The notes beneath the pieces are model-generated. The model saw only the letters and a list, made by a program, of their open reading frames with translations. It did no database searches and was not told the DNA's origin. Of a stretch of DNA of 64,000 bases, positions 15,501-30,160 are shown in pieces (positions within the stretch are counted from its first letter, which is position 1; every line of letters begins with the position of its first letter). The stretch is from the human T2T-CHM13v2.0 reference genome, Homo sapiens. A program made the translations under genes and the position numbers. The DNA lies in assembly GCF_009914755.1 (NCBI RefSeq), contig NC_060926.1; one strand, 5' to 3'.

Positions 15501-17029
15501 CACCTAAAATATTATAAATTTATATAATTAAGAAAAAATTAAAAACAGTAAATATATATTACATCGAAAACTTCCTTTGCTTAATGTTGAGAATGATGCC
15601 TTTGGCCATGGTAAATGTATGTCAAAAAGGAAATTGTTCATGAAATAAGAAAAATGATTTTATATATAAATAACAGCAATGAAGAAGGTGTGTAGGGAGA
15701 TAGTTGCAGTTGTAGAAGCATAGAATTTCATAGTAAAAATACTGAAGTCATCATATTTCAATGCAGAATTAAAAGTATATTATAAGACAAACCTAAGTCA
15801 CTGTAATTTAATTATTCATCTTTCAGTACTTTGGATTTAGCTTTATGTTTACATTAGCTTCTGCTTAGCCTTTGTAAATGCAGATTGCCTAGAGCAAATA
15901 CGGTAAATTCTAGGCTATTTCAATTAATTTTGTGTCAACATGCTTAATTAGTTAATATACTATTTAAACAGTAAAATTACTTCATATTTATGATAACTTT
16001 AATATTCTATCTCACCCTTGTATCCTCTGATTTACAGGTATGTGTTATGACATTCCATTATGTTCATGCAAGAGAAAGAAATTATTACAAAGTTTATTTG
16101 TTAGCAATGAAAGGATTACTTTTACTTTTACAATGAAAACCTAATAGTCAAGTAAGAAAATGTATGAAATTTACATCTTGATTTAGTATGAATGAAAATT
16201 ATTATTCTACTAAGTTCAAGACTTAGAGGAAGGAGTTGCAGAATTTTCTCCTGAAGAGTTTCTAAACCAATGTCTATACTGCATGTGTTGTAGAATCAAT
16301 GCATTAAAACAGGACTTTCACTATGAAAAATATGGTCCCATCAGAGCTTTATTTGGACTTCTCACAGTACTTTGGGTTATGATGTGAAATCATCAGAAAT
16401 ATTTGACATTTGGAGACCAGCTGACAGTAAAGACTATTACTGAAGGATGGAGGACAGAGGGGAAAAAAAAAAAAGCAAAAGCACAGTAAGCCCTTCAGTC
16501 CGGAAATGTCAGAATAACTTAATCACAGTCTTTAAGTATCTAGAAATTTCTTCACACAGAAAAGAACAAAATATATTAATTACATATACATATAAGACTG
16601 GAAAAACAGAGGTTATCTGAATATGAAGGTAGATAGCAGTAGGAAAGCAAAATATTGGAAAAATTGAACACATTTCCATTAGAGAGCTGTGATGTGAGAG
16701 TCAATGAAGTATAAAATGTACATGCCATGTTTTGATGTATACTTTGTTTATACTTCCCTATTTAATTAATTCACTCATGGACTTTTATTTTGTACTTTGA
16801 GTTTAAAAAATAAAAACTCTACTCCGTTATTTTTTTTGCTCATTTTTTTCAGCTCGGGCAATTGTTAGTTTTTAAAATTGTCTCCAGTTCTTTTTTGACG
16901 TGCATAGAAGTATATACCAAAGTGTGTATATATATATATATAAAATATATATATATCATTTTGTTTCCCAGTAGTTTTAAAATTACTAGACTTTATTTTT
17001 TAGAATAGTTTTACTATTTTTCAGACCTA

Positions 17030-17402
17030 AGAATCAAAACAATTGAACTCATGGACATAGAGAGTTGAAAGATGGTTAAGAGAGGCTGAGAAGTGTAGTA
17101 GGAGGGTTGGGGAGTAGTGGGGATGGTTAATGGGTACAAAAAAAGTTAGAAAGAATGAATAAAGCCTATGATTTGATAGCACAATGGGGTGACTATAGTC
17201 AATAATAATTATATATTTTAAAATAAAGAGTTTAACTGGATTGTTTGTAACTCAAAAATAAATGCTTGAGGGGATGGATACCCCATTCTCCAGGATGTGC
17301 TTATTTCATATTGCATGTCTGTATCAAAACATCTCAGGTACCCCATAAATATATACACCATGTTACAAAAATTAAAAAGAAAAAAGAATAAAAACAACAC
17401 AA
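17030..17402 (+). mobile_element. L1MA (MA1-3-like) 3' end
   Basis: 'aatcaaaacaattgaactcatggacatagagag...aaatgcttgaggggatggataccccatt...accccataaatatatacacc' and A tail. Confidence 0.85.
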
Positions 17403-18112
17403 AAGAATAATTTCACATTTTCAGAAAAATTGAGAAGACATTACAAAGAGTTGGCATACATCTCTCCCACCACAGTTTTGCCTATTATTAACATCATGTA
17501 TTAGCAATATATTATGGTACATTTATTTCTATTAATGATTCAGTTCTTTTTAACTAATATCTATAATTTATTCAGATTTTCTTAGTTAAACCTAAAGTCT
17601 AGGATTCCAACCATGATATCACATTGCATTTATTGTCATGTCTCCTTAAAGCCCTCTTCACTGTGAATTTGGCAGACTTTCCTTGTTTCTAATGACCATG
17701 AGAGCAGTGAAGATTAATAATGAGAAATATTGTAGGATATTCCTCTATTAAAATTTGCTTGATTTTTTTTCTCATGATTAAATTGAGGTTATGCAATTTT
17801 GGAAGAAAGATCAAAGGGGAAACTTTCATTTTCATTACATCGTATCAAGGGTCCATACTATCAAAAATAATATGAGTTATGACTACTGATTTTGACCTCA
17901 AGCATCAGACTGCAGTTGTATTGTTGGGTGTCTCCATCTAAAGTTATTCTTTTCCACCCCCTTCCATACTGTAGTTTTGGGAAGTAAGTCATTATGTATG
18001 CCCACACTTCAGGAATGGAGAGTTATGTTCTCCTTTCTTTAGAGTGGAGTATCCACCTAATTTATTTGAAATTCTTCTGTTCAGTGGGAGATTTGTCTAT
18101 ACTCCCCTACTT

Positions 18113-19776
<1,664 letters not shown>

Positions 19777-21858
19777 TATACTCCCCTACTTATTTATTAA
19801 TTCAACCTTTTATTTATATTAGTATAGTCTCGTGGATATTTACTTTGCACTTTGAGTTAAAAAGAAAACTACTGCTTATTTATTTTGTTACTGACATTTT
19901 TTCAGCTTTGATCAGTGTAATTGTAAATTGTCTCCAGTCTCCTTCTGATATGTACAGAAAATCAGAATAGTTAACCCATGTCCCTGTGGAAACAGCACAC
20001 TGACTAGAGTACAGAGAGTTCTTTATTCCTCCTTTTGGCTCCCTGTATTTCCAAAGTTGCTTAGGTCAGCACCTTTTTCTCCACCCCTTCAGTGAGTTTG
20101 CTTCATATATTTGTGATACAAGTTAGATTCTCTTGTCATGGTTTGCATATTTCCTGGATCCTTTGTCCATTTAAATGATTTTTTTAAAAAAAATTTACAA
20201 GCAGTAGGTTTAGACTTTGTGTTATAAAGTTCTATAAGTTTTGAAAAATTTATGATGCCATGTATCCACTATTACAGTATCATACAGAATAGTTTCACTG
20301 GCCTAAAAACGCCCTGTGCTTCATCTATTCATCCTCTTCCTTCTCCTCACCAATACCTGGACAATACTAAATTTTTTACATCTTTGTAGACTTTCCTTTT
20401 CCAGAATATCATATAATTGGAATCATTCAATATCTAACCTCTTTGGATTGGAATCTTTATGAATATACATTTGTGGTTTCTCCATCTCTTACAGCTTGGT
20501 AAATACTTTCTTTTTATCACTTATTAACATTTCATTTTATGAACTGAGCAGTTTTATTTTGGTTTTTGTGTTTATTCATTGATCTATTGGCAGATATCTT
20601 GATTGGTTCCATTTTGGAGGGATTCTGAGTAAAGCTGATACATTAACCCAAATGCAGGTTTTGTGTGGACATAATTTTTCAATGCAATTGGATGAATACT
20701 TAGAAGCATGATTGTTGAATCACATGGAAAGAATGTACTGAGCTTTACAAGAGGCTGCCAAAGTATTTTCCAAAGTTTCTACACCATTTTGCATTCTCAC
20801 TAAATGAAAGTTCCTATTGCTCTGCATCCTTGCCAGCATTTCATACTATTAATTTTCTGTATTTTAGACATTCTAATGAGTGTATAGTGGTCTATTATTG
20901 TTGTTTTAAATTTGTGATCCCTTAATGATGATGATGCTGAGCAGATTTTTATATGTATATTTTTTATCTGTATGTCTTCTTTGGCAAAGTGTGCATTCAC
21001 ATCTTTTGGCCTCTTTTATTTGGTGTTTTTAGTTGTTACATTTTAAGAGCTATTTCCATATTTAAATATAAATATTTCAATATGTCTGTATTGTAAACAT
21101 TTCTCCAATTTGTAGCTATCCTCTTCATTCTCTTAACCCATTGTTTTGTAAGTACATTTTTCATTTTAATAAAATCCAACTTATATTCTATTTCTTTCAT
21201 GGATTATGCTTTTGATGATGTATATACAAACTCATAGCCAAACCCAATATCACTGTTATTTTTCTAGGAGTTTTATAGTTTTGAATTTCACATTTAGGTC
21301 TATGATTCCTTTTGAGTTCATTCTTGTGAAAGGTGTAAGGCCAGTGTCTAGATTTTTTTTTTTTTTTTTTTTTGGTATGTGGATATCTAGGTTTCTAGAA
21401 CAACGTGCTAGAAAAAAAGAACTATTCTTTCTTTATTTGAATTATCTTTGCTCCTGTGTCAAAGATGAGTTGACTATATTCGTGATGTTCTAACTCTGAG
21501 AAATCTATCCTGGCTTACTGATCTCTATGGTTATTTTTCACTAACACAATGCTGTTTTTATCACTCTAGCTTTATAGTAATCTTGAAGCCTTGTAATATT
21601 AGTACTCCAAATTTATCTCCCTTTGTCTGTGTTGACTATTTTGCATCTTTGCATTTTTGTATAAATTTTAAAAACCATTTTTTAAATATCTATAAAACAT
21701 ATTTGTGGGATTGATAGGGATTTTGTTTACTCAAGAGATCAAGTTGGAAAGAATTGATACCTTAATAATGACTCATCTGACAGATGAGCTAGGACTATCT
21801 CTGTATTTATTTAGTATTTTTAATTTTTTAATTAGAGTTTTGAAGTGTTCCACATGTA

Positions 21859-21943
21859 TTAAATTGGTGCAAAAAAAGGTAATTGCAGTTTTTGCCATTA
21901 AAAAGTAATGGGCAAAACCTCAATTACATTTGCACCAACCTGA
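21859..21943. mobile_element. MADE1 (Hsmar1 mariner MITE)
   Basis: About 85-bp palindrome 'ttaaattggtgcaaaa...gtaattgcagtttttgccatt aaaaag taatgggcaaaacctcaattacatttgcaccaacctga' with TA on both sides. Confidence 0.92.
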
Positions 21944-23512
21944 TAAATTTTCTACATGTTTTGTGGCTCTATACCTAAATGTTTTATTATTGTTGCTAAT
22001 TGAATGATACTGTGTTATTAATATTAAATTTCAATTGTTTTTTGCTAGTATAATAAAAAGCAGTTGCCTTTTGCTTTCGTACATTAACCTTTTATCCTGA
22101 AATTTTGCCTTAAGGGCATATTAGTGTCAGAATTCTTTTTGGTCAATTCTGTGGAATTTTCTACATAGACAATCGTGGTCTGTGAGCAAAGACAGTTTCA
22201 TTTCTTCTTTACACATTGTATTTATTTTATCGCCTTTTCTTCTCTTATTGCACTAGCGAGATTTTCTAATACAATACTAAATAGAAGTGCTCTGAGGTAA
22301 CATCGATGCCTTCTTCACTGTAGAGGGCACAATCATTTCTCACTATCAAGTATGATTTTAACTGTGGGTTTCTTTGCAGAAGTTATTTTTTAAGTTGTGA
22401 AAATGGCCTTCTAATCCCAATTTGCTGAGAGTTATTAAAGTATGTTGGATTTTATAGAATGCTTTTTCTGCATAAATTGATGGGATCATATTATTTTTCT
22501 CCTTCAACTAGTTTATGTTGTGGATGTCTTCATTGGTTTTTGAATGTTGAACCAGTCTTGTATAACTCAGTTTAATCTGATTTGTACAGGGCATACAGCT
22601 ATTTTTATACTTTGTTGGATTTAATTAGTAATAGTTTGTTGATGATTTTGCACCTATATTTGTAAGAGATAGTGCTCTCAATTTTTCTTTAATGTTACGC
22701 CTTTACATGGTTTTGGCATTAGTGTAATACTACCCTCATAGAATGAGTTAGGGGGTATTACCTCTGCTTATATTGGAAGGTGTTCTAGAGAAACAGCATT
22801 ATTCTCATTTAAGTGTTTGATAGAATACAACAGTGAAACCGTCTGAGCCTGGTGCTTTTTTGGCTTAGATAGTATTATTAATTATTGATTCAATATATTT
22901 AATTGCATAAGCCTTTTCAGATTATTACTTCCACTTGTGTGAGTTTTGGTAGCTTGTATCTTTTAAGAAATTTGTTGATCTAAGATATCAAATGTATAGG
23001 CACACATTTGCCAATATTCCTCTTTAACTTCTAGCAGTAAAAATTTTCATCTTTCCACATTTTTTCTGGTATTTGGCTAGAGGTTTATCATGTTTAACAA
23101 TCTTTGTAAGGCATTAGCTCTTGTTTTTGTTTTGATTTTTGCAATTAATTTCCTGTTTTCACTTTTGTTAATTTCTGCTTCAATTTTTATATTTTTATTT
23201 GGATTGCTATAGGCTTAATTTCCTCATCTTTTCCTAGTCCCCTAAAGTAAAAGATTAGATTATTGATTTTTTATCTTTCTTCAAAATATTTTTAATTTCT
23301 ATTGAGAGGTTTTTTTCAGCTTTACTGAGGTACAACTGATAAACAAAAATTATATATGTTTAAGATATATATGATTTTTCATATACATATGTATTGTGGA
23401 GTGATTACCACAAAAAAATCTAATTAATATATCCACCTGCTCACATAGGTACCATTTTTGTTTGTGTATGGTGAGAACAATTAAGATCTACTCCTTTAGC
23501 GAATTTCAAATA

Positions 23513-23945
23513 CAGTAATTCCCCTTCTGCAGTTTTTCTTGCCACAGTTTGTTATTCATGGTCAACTACAGTCCTAAAATATAAAATAAAAAATTCTAGA
23601 CATAAATAATTTATAAACTTTCAATTGCATGGTACTCTAAGTAGTGTGATGAAATCTTGAAACATCCTACATCATTCCTTCATCACAAAGAGAAAGGTAA
23701 GTACAGTATAGTAAGATATTTTGAGAGAGAGATTACAATCACATAACTTGTATTAGAGTATATTGTTATAATTGTTTTATTTTATTTTTAGCTATTGTGT
23801 TAATGTCTTACTTTGCCTGTTTTATAAATTAAACTTTATCATAAGTATGTAAGTATTGGGAAAATAACATAGTATATATAGGGTTTGGTACTGTTCGTGT
23901 TTTCAGAAATCCACTTGCAGTCTTGCAATGTATCCCTTGCAATGC
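23513..23945. mobile_element. MER44 (Tigger7-derived) DNA transposon
   Basis: 'cagtaattccccttctgcagtttt...tcatggtcaactacagtcctaaaat...gagagattacaatcacataac...tatagggtttggtactgtt'. Confidence 0.75.
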
Positions 23946-25231
23946 AGTATTAACTATAGCGACCAAACTGTACATCAGATATCCAGAAATTGTATTTATC
24001 TCACATAACTAAACTTTGTATTTTTTGACCAATATATCCCCATTTCTCCCAAACCACAATCTCTGGAAACCATCATTCTACTATTATTTTGAACATTTTT
24101 AGATTCCACATATAAGTGAGATCCTGCAGTATTTGTCTTTCTGTGTCTAGTTTATTTCACATAGCATAATGTCCTCAAGGTTCCTCTATGTTGTTGAAAA
24201 TAGAAAGACTTCCATCTTTATTAAGGGTGAATAATATTCTATTGCATGTATATGCCATATTTTTATCATCCATTCAGATTGTGATGGTCACTTAGGTTGT
24301 TTCCATATCTTCACTATTGTAAAAAATGCTGCAGTGAATATGGGATATAGATAACTTTTTGAAATGCTGATCTCATTTCTCTTGGATATGAATCCAGAAA
24401 TTGAATTGCTGGATTACAGGTTTTTCTATTTTCAATTATTTGAAAAACCTCCATGCTATTTTCATAATGGCTGTACCACTTTACATTCTCATCAGCAGTG
24501 TACCAGGGTTTCCTTTTCTCCACATCATTACTATGATAACACTTGTTATCTTTTTTTTTTTTGATGAAAGTCTTTCTGATAGATGTGAGGTGATATCTCA
24601 ATGTGGTTTTAATTTGTATTTCCCTGATGATTAGTGACAGTGACCATGTTTTCATTTACCCATTGGCCATTTGTATGTCATCTTTTAAAACATGTCTTTT
24701 TATGTCTTAGTCCATATTTTAGTTGTTATTTATTTGTCATTTAATTGTTTTAGCTCTTTAATGTATTTTGAATATGAACCCCTTATGAGATGTGTGGTTT
24801 TCAAATATTTTCTCCCATTCCATAGATTGCCTTTTCACTCAGTTGTTTCCTTTGTTGTGCAGAAGCTTTTTAGTTTGATGCAATCCCACTTGTCTATTTT
24901 CTCTTTTATTGCTATACTTTTTGGGGTCATATCCAAAATAATTTTTGCCATCATCGATGTCAAGAGGCCCTTTTTCTATATTCTCTTCTATTGCTTTTAC
25001 GTTTAATGTCTTATGTTTAAGTCTTCAATTCATTGTTACTTGATTTTTGCATATAATGCGATATATAGGTATAATTTCATTCTTCTGCATGTGGATATCC
25101 AGTTTTTTCACCATTTATTGAAGAAACTATATTTTCTCCATTGTGTGTGCTTGGCTTCCTTGGCAAAGATCAATTGACTGTATATGCATGAATTTATGTC
25201 TAGATCACTTTTCTGTTTCATTGATCTATAT

Positions 25232-25459
25232 CAAGCTTGTTTAACCTGTGTGTGGCCTGTGGGCCACATGTGGCTCAGGATGGCTTTGAATGTGGCCCAA
25301 CACAAATTTGTAAACTTTTTAAAAACATTATACATTTTCTTTGCATTTAAAAAAAAATTTCATCAGCTATCACTTGTATTAGTGCATTTCATGTGTCGCC
25401 CAAGATAGTTCTTTTTTTTTTGATGTGGCCCAATGAAGCCAAAAGATCAGACACCCTGA
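25232..25459. mobile_element. MER30 (hAT-Charlie) DNA transposon
   Basis: 'caagcttgtttaacc...ggatggctttgaatgtggcccaacacaaatttgtaaac...gaagccaaaagatcagacaccctg'. Confidence 0.88.
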
Positions 25460-25845
25460 TTCTATATGCTTGTTTTAGTGACTGCAATTTATAAAATATT
25501 TTGAAATCAGGAAGATTGATGCCTCCCTCCAGCTTTGTTCTCATTGCTCAAGATTGCTTTGGCTATTACGGATCTTTTGGTGTTCCATGTGAATTTTAGG
25601 ATTTTTTTTAAATTTCTGTAGGTAATGCTATTTGGATTTTCATAAGGATTGCATTGATTCTGTAGATCACTTTGGATAGTATGGACAGTTTAACAATATT
25701 AATTGTTTCAAATAATGAACACATGCTTTCCTTCTACATATCTATCTCTTCTTTAATTTCATCATCAATGTTTTACAATTCTCGGTGTACAGGCTTTCAC
25801 CTCTTTGGATAAGTATATTCCTAAGTATTTCGTTATTTTCATTGC

Positions 25846-27545
25846 TTTTTTTTCAAGAATTTCTCTTCATCTTTGGTTTTCCACAGTTTTAAAATAATAT
25901 GAATAGGTGTGGATTTTTGAAGCATTTATCCTGCTTGGTGTTCTGAGAGCTTCCTAAATCAGTAGTTTGGTGTCTGTCCATTATAATGGTGTCTTCCATT
26001 ATAATTGGAAATGTGTAATATTATATATTTACTATTATATTAATGCATTTAATATTATGCAATATATAAAATATTAGATATATAATATATTAACACATAT
26101 GATATATAACATAATATATCATATCTATTATTTATACTAATTTGTTCAAATAATAAACATGATATTATCCATGTATAATATATAATACATGTAATATTTT
26201 ATATATAATATACATAATGACACCTTACCATTGTAAAGGGAATTCTTATCCATTATAACTCACAGTTCTTTGATGTTCTGTTTATTTTCATTTTGTTTAT
26301 TTTGATTTTGATGTTCATTCCTTTTTCTCTTTGTATTCATTTGGGGAAGTTTCAATTGACATTATCTTCAAACTGTTTTTCTATAGATATATGCAGTCAA
26401 CTGATGTGCCTAACAAAGGCAATCTTCATTACTGTACAATATTTTTTATTTCTAGCATTTTCTATTGATTTTTTCTTAACATTTTCATCTCTCTGCTTAC
26501 ATTATCCAACTGGTCACTCGTGCATCAACTTTTTTTCCATTAGAGGCCTTTACATGTCAATCATAGTTATTTTAAACTTCTCTGATAATGTCCTAATATA
26601 TAACATATCTTAGTGTGGTTCTGATTCTTGCTTTGTCTTTCTAAAATGAGTTTGTTTTCTTGCCTTTTAACATGCATTGTAATTTTTTTATTCAAATCTA
26701 GACCTCATGTGTAAACTTCAGTTGCTTTTAGTTTTTTTTTTATTTTTCAAACTCTCCCTAGTTGTCTTTGTTTTTTCCCTGAGAACTTTTTCTAAAATAC
26801 AGCCTGTGTCTTGTAGCTCTTTCAGCTGTAATCCACATTTATTTTACTGGAACCCTGCTGATGTGGTATAAAGTATGGAGGAGGAGAGTGTTCTCTATTG
26901 TTACTAAATCTCAGTCTTTTAGTAGGCCTGAATTATTGGAATTTGCCCTTCAAAAGTATTTCTTAGTAACCTTTTTTCACTCTAATGATGATACAGTGAA
27001 GCTCAAAGGGGTTTGAGGTGGCTAATTGCCTTTCTCAGTATTTATAAGACTTTGATAAAGTTATTTTCCTTCAGAAAAAGGTGTTTGTTACAGCTAACTC
27101 TCTGTGCATATTTCAAAATGGTTGTTTTCCCCTCTGGCTGCCTGAAACAATAGTGAATTTTTCTTGGCTCTTTATTGTAGGGATCTGGTCGGGTTTCTAA
27201 AGATAAAACTCACAAACATATGGGGTCCCGCAAAATTGTGGCCCCCAAAAGTTTCTCAGTCTCAAGCTGATCTACACTTAGCCTCTAGCAAGTCAATAAA
27301 AATTTCATAAGTTTCTCTACCATTGAATGCCTTCAGCAGCTTCAGCTTCCAATAAGCTAACTCAGTGGATATTTTCACTATTTTTTCTGTCTCTTTAGAT
27401 TCCAGGATAGGGGCTTACACTGTGAACTCTGTATTTTACTGGTTGTTAGAAAAGTCATTGACTTTCAATTTGTTACAATTTTATTTCTTCTTGTAAGAGT
27501 AAGAGTGACATTTTTTTCAGTGTTTAAATGTCATAGCCAAAACCA
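25846..27545 (-). mobile_element. L1M (L1MD-like) ORF1 / 5' region
   Basis: 'ttctcttcatctttggttttccacagttt...atttatcctgcttggtgttctgagagcttc'; 5'-end-like 'aagagtgacattttttcagtgtttaaatgtcatagccaaaaccaag'. Confidence 0.65.
25969..26240. repeat. AT-rich low-complexity insert with quasi-palindromic structure
   Basis: (TA)-rich tract; perfect palindrome ccattataatgg at 25978-25989; central 11-bp stem at 26097-26107 / 26114-26124. Confidence 0.7.
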
Positions 27546-28179
27546 AGAGTCTATCTGTTTTACAATATTTTTGTTTAAAAATGCTTGAATTTTGATTCTT
27601 CATCTTCTGGACAGCATTAATCTATAAAGTGTATTGCTTTGTGTAAAATCAACCAACACAATGATTTTCTCAAAATTTATAAAATATAGAACCATGTTGT
27701 CCCACTTTCAGCCTTGCAGAATATGATAAAAAGCCAGTGGCCATCATAGTCAATACCTATTTTTATCTATTTTAGTCAAGTCTATTTTGTATCTATTTCA
27801 GCCAGTTCATCCTTTAAAATAATGTTATCTGTCCTTTTCTCTCTATTCTTTTGTCATCATTCAAAATAAATCCACATTTCTGCAGTTCTTACCATCATAA
27901 CATATACTTTCTTGCTTTTTCCAAGAAAGTATGTTTTCCTTTCTTCTTTTCTTCATTCAAAATAAAAATTAAAATAAATAAAGTTAAATACAAGCCAAGA
28001 TCTATTATTGTATGGCTTACCTCACAGTTAAAACTTTTATCTATTTGTCCTCAACATGTGCCCTCAATTTTCCTGTTCTCACCGTTTTTCAAATATACTC
28101 TCCTCTTCTCTGCATCAAGGAAAGCATTATTCCTATATTTATCCCAAACTACTGTAAAGACCATAAGAACTGTATACAC

Positions 28180-28850
28180 TGTTGCTTCTTGACTTATTTG
28201 TACTATGATGTCAGTGGTGATCATCCTAAGCTGATTTAGAAGTAAATACAATCAAGTTATTTTCATGCTCAACACTTTCCAGTAACTTCTCATCACACCT
28301 AAAATACAAGTCTAAACTCCTTTCCTGGGCCTAGGTGGTCTTCCTTAGAGAAGTTTCTTATTTTCTCCTTGCTGTGTCTCCTATTCTGTCTTAAAGTAAT
28401 TTTACAGCAGCTTCACTGGTCTTTTGTGGTTCTTAGAATAAACTAAGATCATGTTCATCTCAGAGATCCTGAAGTTGCTTTTTCATGTGTTTGAAACACT
28501 GTTCTCCTCGAACATGCATTTCCTGAGTTGTCTCCTCATATTTTCAAAGTAGGTCCTCAGAAATCAACTCCTTAAAGTATCTTGCCCTTACAAACCTTTC
28601 CATAGTAGGTTCTACTATTTTGTATCTTTTTTTCCAAAGAAGAAGCCCAGTCATTTTTTTCTGTCTCCTCACCTGGCATATTTTTTGTGGTGGCCTTTTC
28701 ACCATATTAACTAATATTGTATTTTTTTTGGTTTAATTTGTATATCCTGTTCCCATACTACCTTGACGCTCTATGAGCACAGAATTTTGCCTGTCTTATT
28801 TCTTCTTCTATACAAAATAAATCAATAGATATATTTTGATGAAAAAAATA
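28180..28850 (+). mobile_element. L2 fragment
   Basis: 'ttccagtaacttctcatcacacctaaaatacaagtctaaactcct' and 'ctctatgagcacagaattttgcctgtcttatt' resemble the L2 3' region. Confidence 0.55.
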
Positions 28851-29014
28851 GACCCTGTACATATCTAAATTCCTGTCATGTATCATGATCCAGTCAATCT
28901 TAGCCTGATTCATGAAGCCTCCTCAACCTAATTCACATATATTAATCTTACTCCTCTTATTTCTTATAAGAACAAGAATTACAATTTATTGAAGATTAAT
29001 ATCAATGTCATTTT

Positions 29015-29545
29015 TGGTGCAGGATTTTTTGCTCCTTAGCTCAGCTAGGACTGTGTTCTTACCTCACAACCAGGAAGAAGTAAACACATGAACACTCAAA
29101 GAGTGAGCAAGATGGGAAGATGTATTCAGTGATGAAACAACTTTAAGCAGGGAGGGGATGTGGGAGTGATCCCCCTACCCAAAGTCAGGAGAGTTCCCAA
29201 TATGGCTGAGCCTGGGGCTTTTTATAAGCTCAGAATAGGGAGTGTGCCAATCAGAATAGGGAGTGTGCCAATTGGTTTGTGAGTATGCAAAAATGGTTAA
29301 AATGAAGACACCACACAAAGGTAGGCAAAATAGTGTTGAAAACCAATTAAGAAAGGGTAGGTATATGTAAAATAGTTGAAGCAAGTGGATCAGTCAGAGG
29401 AAAGCAAGCCACACGGGAATGTGGATTCTCAATCAGGGACCGAGGATTGAGGATTTACCCAGGACTATTTCCAGGTTGAAGGTTGGAATCCATTGGGGTG
29501 CCACCCCTATCTGCCTAGGCATTTGTCTGCCTCCTGCCTCTATCA
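29015..29545 (-). mobile_element. ERV1 solo LTR (MER50-like)
   Basis: Minus strand runs 'tgatagaggcaggaggcagacaaatgcctaggcagatagggg' to '...gctgagctaaggagcaaaaaatcctgcacca'; tttt on both flanks. Confidence 0.75.
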
Positions 29546-29814
29546 TTTTTTTTGTTTTTGTCAGTTTCCTTTCAATGTCCTACGTTGCCAGATCACACCT
29601 TATTACCCATTCCCTAATTACCATATAGTTCTGTGCATCCTCCCTTCTGTCCCCATCTCTCACTCCACCACAACTCCTGTGATCCTTTCTTTCTCTGTGC
29701 CCTTTGTGGTTTATATTCCCTTCTGGCCAAATGCCCTGGATCCTCAATCTTTTGTCTAATATTACACTCTCATTCTTTTTATTTTGTTTCTAAATTGCGA
29801 TTTTTATGTCCCTT

Positions 29815-30160
29815 GATTAGCACATCCCCATTTCCACCTCTCCACCACAATTCTACTCTATAATTCTATGAGTTTGACTATTTTAGATATATCATATATA
29901 TGGAATCATGCAATATTTGTTGTTCTGTGACTGGCTTATTTTTCTCAAAATAGTGTCCTTAAGTTTCATTCATGTTATTGCACAATTGTGGTATTTTCTC
30001 TCATTTTAAGGATGAATATTATTGTGTTTTATGTATACATCATATTTTCCTTATTCATTCATCAGTCTGTAGACAAGTTTCCATATCTTTACTACTGTGA
30101 ATAGTGCTGTGATAAACATTGCAGTACTAGCATCTCCTTGAGATTCTGATTTCCTGACAT
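29815..30160 (-). mobile_element. L1MA/MB 3' fragment
   Basis: 'tatgagtttgactattttagatatatcatatatatggaatcatgca...ttctgtgactggcttatt'; GDASTAMFITALFTVVKIW in the track. Confidence 0.75.

Larger units (their letters stand above)
23310..25845 (-). mobile_element. L1MA9/L1MB-like element with nested MER44 and MER30
   Basis: 3' end 'tttttcagctttactgaggtacaactga'; decayed ORF2 (LIIREIQIKTTLRYHLT in the track). Confidence 0.8.
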
